A DNA stretch of 44,936 bases. Source: Conidiobolus incongruus B7586 (lineage: Eukaryota). Both the position numbers and the translations under genes were made by a program. Location of the stretch: assembly GCA_000697335.1 (NCBI GenBank), contig JNEM01006714.1, positions 1 to 44,936 of the forward strand. Direction: 5' to 3'. This document shows positions 39,501-44,936 of the stretch, one piece after another. Under the pieces are notes generated by a model. It saw only the letters and a program-made list of their open reading frames with translations, had not been told where the DNA came from and ran no database searches. Position 1 is the stretch's first letter; each line of letters begins with the position of its first letter.

Positions 39501-40718
39501 GATAATAATTTCTTCCCTCTTAATGCTCAATCCAACCAATATGGATTTATTAAGCAGTTTACTAATGATTTGGAACAAGTGCTCACCTTTATCTCAGAAT
39601 CAGTAGATGAATCTAGAAACTTCCCCAATTTGGCATTTTATGCTTTAGGTTACGAAACTAATAACCTCCTACTACCCTATGGATCTCGTGATAACTTGGA
39701 GCAGCCAACAATCAAAGACGATCCTTCTAGTGGATTAGCAAATCTCCTCCAAGCACTCTCATTCAACATCCCATCTCAATTAGACCAAATTAAACCAACA
39801 GTATCTAACTCCCCCAACAATTTCGTACATTTCAAATTCTCTCAACTTACATCGAAGATGTTCAACATCCTGGTTAAATTAAGCCAACACAACTTATGCA
39901 GAGAGCCAACTTTAAGATACTTGAGACACTTTAACGAGTTTTATTGTCAACAATTAACCCTAGCTGCTAATCAATTTTACAATCCATCTAACGAAGGATT
40001 TTTATCACTACCTAACGGTTCGAGGATACCCGCAAGTTACGAAGATGTTCTAAGCCAGATGAAATACAGATCATCCCTACTTCAATTGACAGCCATGGAA
40101 TTACACCAATCCGCCATCCAGGGATTCAGAATCCCAAGCAACAACATCGTCCTCCTCCTCCTTAATTTGTACCCATTCCGCCGAGTGTCCTTCCTACTGA
40201 TACTCGAACTTCTCGAGACGCTACTAGTGAGCTGGGAACCCCAACTCCATGAAGATTTACAAAGCTTCGAATTATCCAAATCGCCTTTCAACGGTGTAGA
40301 TCTCCAAAAATTCATCATTATGAATTCCGAAGGCGTAGAAATTTACGATCTCGAAGGTTTAACCGATCATATTGTAGATAGCAGACAGACCTTATCGGAT
40401 ACTTTCCACCTCACTGAGGACGCTTACGACCATGAATTGAATTTATTGGTTCAGAGTCTCAGCCATGCTAATCACCAAAAGATTTTCAATTTCTTCAAAC
40501 TTCAAGCTCTCAACCACTGGAAACAGTTGATTGTCATCATTCTATTAGAATGGATCAACACAGACAACGACTCTAATACGGAACTCAAGAGACTCACATC
40601 CCAAGTACTCAGCTATATTGAGGGCAAACTCCAATTTGACGATAGTTTGAACGATATTATGAAAAATGAATTAAGGGAAGTGATTTGGTGGGGTAGTCAA
40701 AATCTCGCCAAGAATTGA
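36522..40718 (+). CDS. NUP192: Nucleoporin Nup192/Nup205-like, about 1377 aa; intron 36712-36774
   Basis: Large helical protein with Nup205-like segments SIPQDL...GYIQFV, PNLAFYALGY, EPTLRYLR...FYCQQL, LTAMELH and HWKQL. Confidence 0.8.
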
Positions 40719-41050
40719 TACGATTATTTCGATTTAAATTAATGTGATTATTATTAAAATTAAAAATGTATTCCAATAAAGAGTGAAAATTTATATTTAA
40801 AAAAATTTATTATACAAATTTTATTTTTAATTGTTAAAATTTTTTTTAAAATTAAGAAAATTATGAAATAAAAAATTGAATTTAAGTAATAAAATATTTA
40901 AATGTTGAAGAAAAATAAATTTTTAAAATGTTTATATTAAAATTATATTATTAAAGAATTAATCAAGTCCTAAAGTGAATAAATTATAAAAAATTCATAG
41001 ATACCAATAATGATATCATATTAATCAAATTATTAATACCCTGATATTAA

Positions 41051-41124
41051 GATCTCGTGGTGTAGTTGGTTATCACGTCTGTCTAACACACAGACGGTCC
41101 TCAGTTCGAATCTGAGCGAGATCA
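41051..41124 (+). tRNA. tRNA-Val(AAC), intronless
   Basis: Cloverleaf with acceptor GATCTCG/CGAGATC, anticodon arm TCTGT-CTAACAC-ACAGA and T arm CTCAG-TTCGAAT-CTGAG. Confidence 0.97.
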
Positions 41125-43328
41125 TCTCACTTCTTATTCTTTCAGAATCTTTTATAATAATATTTATTTATATTAATTTTAAATTTAATTTCAAATTATA
41201 TCATTAACCTACATTTCCACCAATAGTTTGAAATTAGTCATAAATACTTATAATGCATAATTCATATTGGTATTACTATTATGATAATAACTAGATTAAT
41301 TTTATTCAATTATCAACCTTAATACTCATATATAATTACTATTAGGTGATGATCAAATTTAAGTTATCAACAAATTAATAATTTTCCAAATATATCCTTT
41401 CCAACAATTAAATTTTGAAGTATATTCCATTTTTATAATATATTAATCATTGATCTAAAGGTTTATTGTTATTAATCTTGTTTAATATAATAATAAAATC
41501 ATTTTATTAATGGAAACAGAATAAACAAATAAATTATTATAATAAATGATTACTAGAAGATTCTCAATAATTTTATTACTTAAATTTAGAGAATTCATAA
41601 AACTTTCCATAATTTGTTAACTTCATTAATTCTTATTACTTCCTAATTCTCCTTTATGGTGGATATAGTTATATGATCCATCAAAAATAGAACAGTAGTT
41701 TTATTCCAATAGTTTTGAAAATATTGTTTCTAGAATTTAAATTTAAAAAATTGATTAACTTTTTGAGAAGTTTAAAAATTTTTTCCCAATTAGGATTTTG
41801 ATTTTAATTTGGATTGTTGTTTGCCAATTAATCAAATTGACTTACTGGCTAGTTTTAAGAATAATATATAAACCTTAGCAATTATTATTTAATCTTGATC
41901 CAAAGTATTTGAATAATATTAGTAAAACTTTAATGGTGGCAATTTTTAAAACTGAAAATAGTGTGTAGTTAATGGGAGTTTGGGTATTCAATAAAATTCA
42001 TTAAATCGTAAAAAAATTGGATTTAGAGTACAACAGGAAAGTTTGATTGGAATACAAAAAATATTGTGTCATTTTGTGTATTTGATATTAAATCAATGCC
42101 CTAATTATACTGCTAAGATATTTATATGAAAATCATGAAAATAAGTCTATATAGACTGTGGATAATGAGTGTTTTAAATTATCAAAGGATGCTACATATC
42201 TGAAATGTACGATTTTAATACCATTTGAACAGTGATTTTGGCAATAACAAATTTAATTTTTACATAATAAATCTAGGTTGAATGAATTACAGAATCATGG
42301 AAACTCTTTTTATATCAATGAAATATCAACATTACTGAACTATTAAAATCTAGACAAAATACATAAAATTCCAGATTGTTATAATTGGTAATTTGAATTA
42401 CTTCAACAAATCATGATTAAATTTTCAGATTATTTTGATAATAATTTGCAATTATTTAATAACCTTTAAACGATTTCAATTAACCAATATATTATTTTGA
42501 ATGCATTGTTTTTATAAATAAAAATGTGTATAAAATTATAATTAGAGTATTAGTGAAACGATACCAAATTTTCATATTTTATATAAATATTATATCTCAA
42601 ATGTTCCATAATCAAATTTATGTCACTGTTGAATATATCATTTGATAAACAACGTACATTTATCAAAACTATTACAATGTTGATGATCAGCTATAATACT
42701 CTATTATCAAGGAGATTGCTATTTAATTATTAAAATTTTGATAGCAAAAATGATAAATATATTTGGAGTACAAACTTTATCTAATTAACAGACTCTAATT
42801 CTATTTATTACAATCAAGTGAAAATATAAACATTTACAATCTAAATAAATACTAAATATTTCAAATTAAAAACACTTAAACATAGTATTGGATAGTGGTT
42901 ATTTCTAGCTTTAATGGTTTGTACTATGGGATTGTTATTTAATTTTGGATTAAACTTTAAGTTGATCATCTTTGGCTATTTTGACAACAAAAGTTGAAAC
43001 AAAATTTGATTATTTTTGAGCAAAAATATTTAATTGAAACTTGGGCAGAGGGCAACGTGATTAGCCAATCAAAACTCACCACAAATTCTCTAATTTAATT
43101 GCCTTTTATGAGATCATAATTCTAAATTAAGTCATAGTTCACCAAATACAATTCAATTTAGAAATCCTTCATAATGATCAAACTTATATAAGAGCTTTGG
43201 GGACTGGTTGCAATTATCTTTGTATAGTCCAATTTTTTCACAAGTAATTATAATACAATTAATCAATACAAATACAAGAGTGATTCAATTACCATTATTC
43301 AACCCTTTCAATCAAATCAACTAGAAAA

Positions 43329-44073
43329 ATGAATATATTTCAAGTGATTGGAGATATTACCCATTTGATTTCCATTGTTATTTTACTGCTTCAAATAGAT
43401 GTTACCAAGTCATGTGCCGGTATCTCGTTAAAGACTCAAGCTTTATACTTCATCGTTTTCGCTACTAGGTACGCCCATATGTTCACCAGATGGGTTAGTT
43501 GGTATACTTTTATTATGAAATTATTCTTCTTGGGTACGTCAGCATTCATCATTTATCAAATGTACTACGTTTATAAAGATACTTATGACCACACGTACGA
43601 TACCTTCAAAGCAGAGTTCTTATTATTGGGATCTGCTTTATGTTCTATAGTTGCTCATTTTAAATTCGATTTCTATGAGGTGATATAAATTTAATTATTT
43701 ACATTTTTTTTGTCATTAATTAACATTATTTTAGAATCTTAGAGTGTTTTCTCTCTTCTTAGAATCTGTTGCCATCTTACCCCAATTATTCTTACTCACG
43801 AGAAAGGGAGAAGCCGAAACCATCACCACCCACTATTTAGCAGCTTTAGGAAGTTATCGATTTTTCTATATTTTAAACTGGATGTATAAGTCCACTCACA
43901 AAATTGACGTTCACTGGTATGCTTGGTTAACTGGTATTATTCAAACTGTCTTGTACTTAGATTTCTTCTACCTCTACTTCACCAAGTAAGTTTTTATTTT
44001 TTATTAGTATTCAATTTCTATTAATTAATTTTTTAGGGTTTTGAAGAATAAGAAGTTCAAGTTACCCGTTTAA
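43329..44073 (+). CDS. ERD2: ER lumen protein-retaining receptor (KDEL/HDEL receptor family); exons 43329-43679, 43735-43985, 44037-44073
   Basis: KSCAGISLKTQ, LESVAILPQL, GEAETIT.HY, YR..Y..NW, QTVLY.DF and C-terminal KKFKLPV. Confidence 0.96.
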
Positions 44074-44624
44074 ATTAGAATTATTTTAAACGATATACAG
44101 TTATAAATGAAATATAATCATCAATATACTTTATATCAATATTGGTTTTTTATTTTATTTTTATAATTTAATTAATATTAGTTTTTGAGTATTTTAATAT
44201 TAATTATATTTATACCATTTTTCTAATATATTGCTAGTCTCATTGGAACATTTTTTCATTAAAATATTATAATTTTTATTCAAGACATAAAAATTTTACA
44301 AAGGAAGTATTTGATTCATTATACCAGTAACATCTAATAATTATTCTAAACTATTTGGATTTGCTTTATTGTATTTGTTTTTCTTAATACAAATAGCGAT
44401 CATTGGAAAATCAATATTTAGGTTGCTAATCAATCAGTTATTTTTACTTAACCAACTAGATTGATCATCAGATTATATATAATAGGATTAATTCTAATAA
44501 AATTTCTATTATAATTTAATTCAATTTAATTTAAATTAGTCAAAATAGTATACAATTGTATTGAAAATTTAAATTTTATGATTAATTAAAGCATGAATTA
44601 AATAAAATAAATTATATGTAATAT

Positions 44625-44650
44625 AAATAATAATAATAATAATAATAATA
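44625..44650. repeat. (AAT)n microsatellite
   Basis: About 8 consecutive AAT units. Confidence 0.8.
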
Positions 44651-44936
44651 TCACATTACTTTTTTATAAAATTAATTATATTATTTATAAACTATTTAAG
44701 AATTTTTATAAATATATCAATCCAAATATAGGCAATTTTAGTTATTTTTAAAATTATTGTATAATTCTTTAATTTAAAAATATTTAATATATTATCAATT
44801 ATTATTAATAAGAATACATAAATATTTATATAATAAATATAATATTCAGCTTAATTCTTATATTTAATAAAATATATCATATTTATATAGATTGTTAGTT
44901 TTAATATATTTTATATTAATTATTAATAACTAAATA

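Noticed and set aside
1..44936. CRISPR arrays, selenoprotein recoding or an alternative genetic code
   Set aside because: No repeat-spacer array seen; all intact genes translate in the standard code without in-frame stops.

Overview
AT-rich eukaryotic genomic DNA with short (about 45-85 nt) GT-AG introns. Gene content and composition suggest an early-diverging fungus, possibly Entomophthorales/Conidiobolus-like (inference). I read 12 apparently intact protein genes: a 19-exon Rad50-like gene, RPS21, a small mitochondrial-type ORF, SPP2-like G-patch, a two-BIR Bir1/survivin-like gene, MiaB/CDK5RAP1, an EEP-family enzyme, TPS1, PRS, RBM25/Snu71-like, Nup192/205-like and ERD2. Also present are tRNA-Val(AAC), a nuclear RNase P RNA gene, a decayed Tc1/mariner-like element with a second fragment, a probable solo LTR and a pseudogene with a duplicated RACA motif. 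Main leads: (1) the Rad50-like protein has an intact frame but is short, lacks a zinc hook and has lost several catalytic ABC residues; (2) an oriented CCCAYAA motif lies about 90-240 nt upstream of 8 of 12 protein genes and of the RNase P gene; (3) ERD2 has substitutions at known ligand-pocket positions. All alignments were made by eye and no database searches were run.
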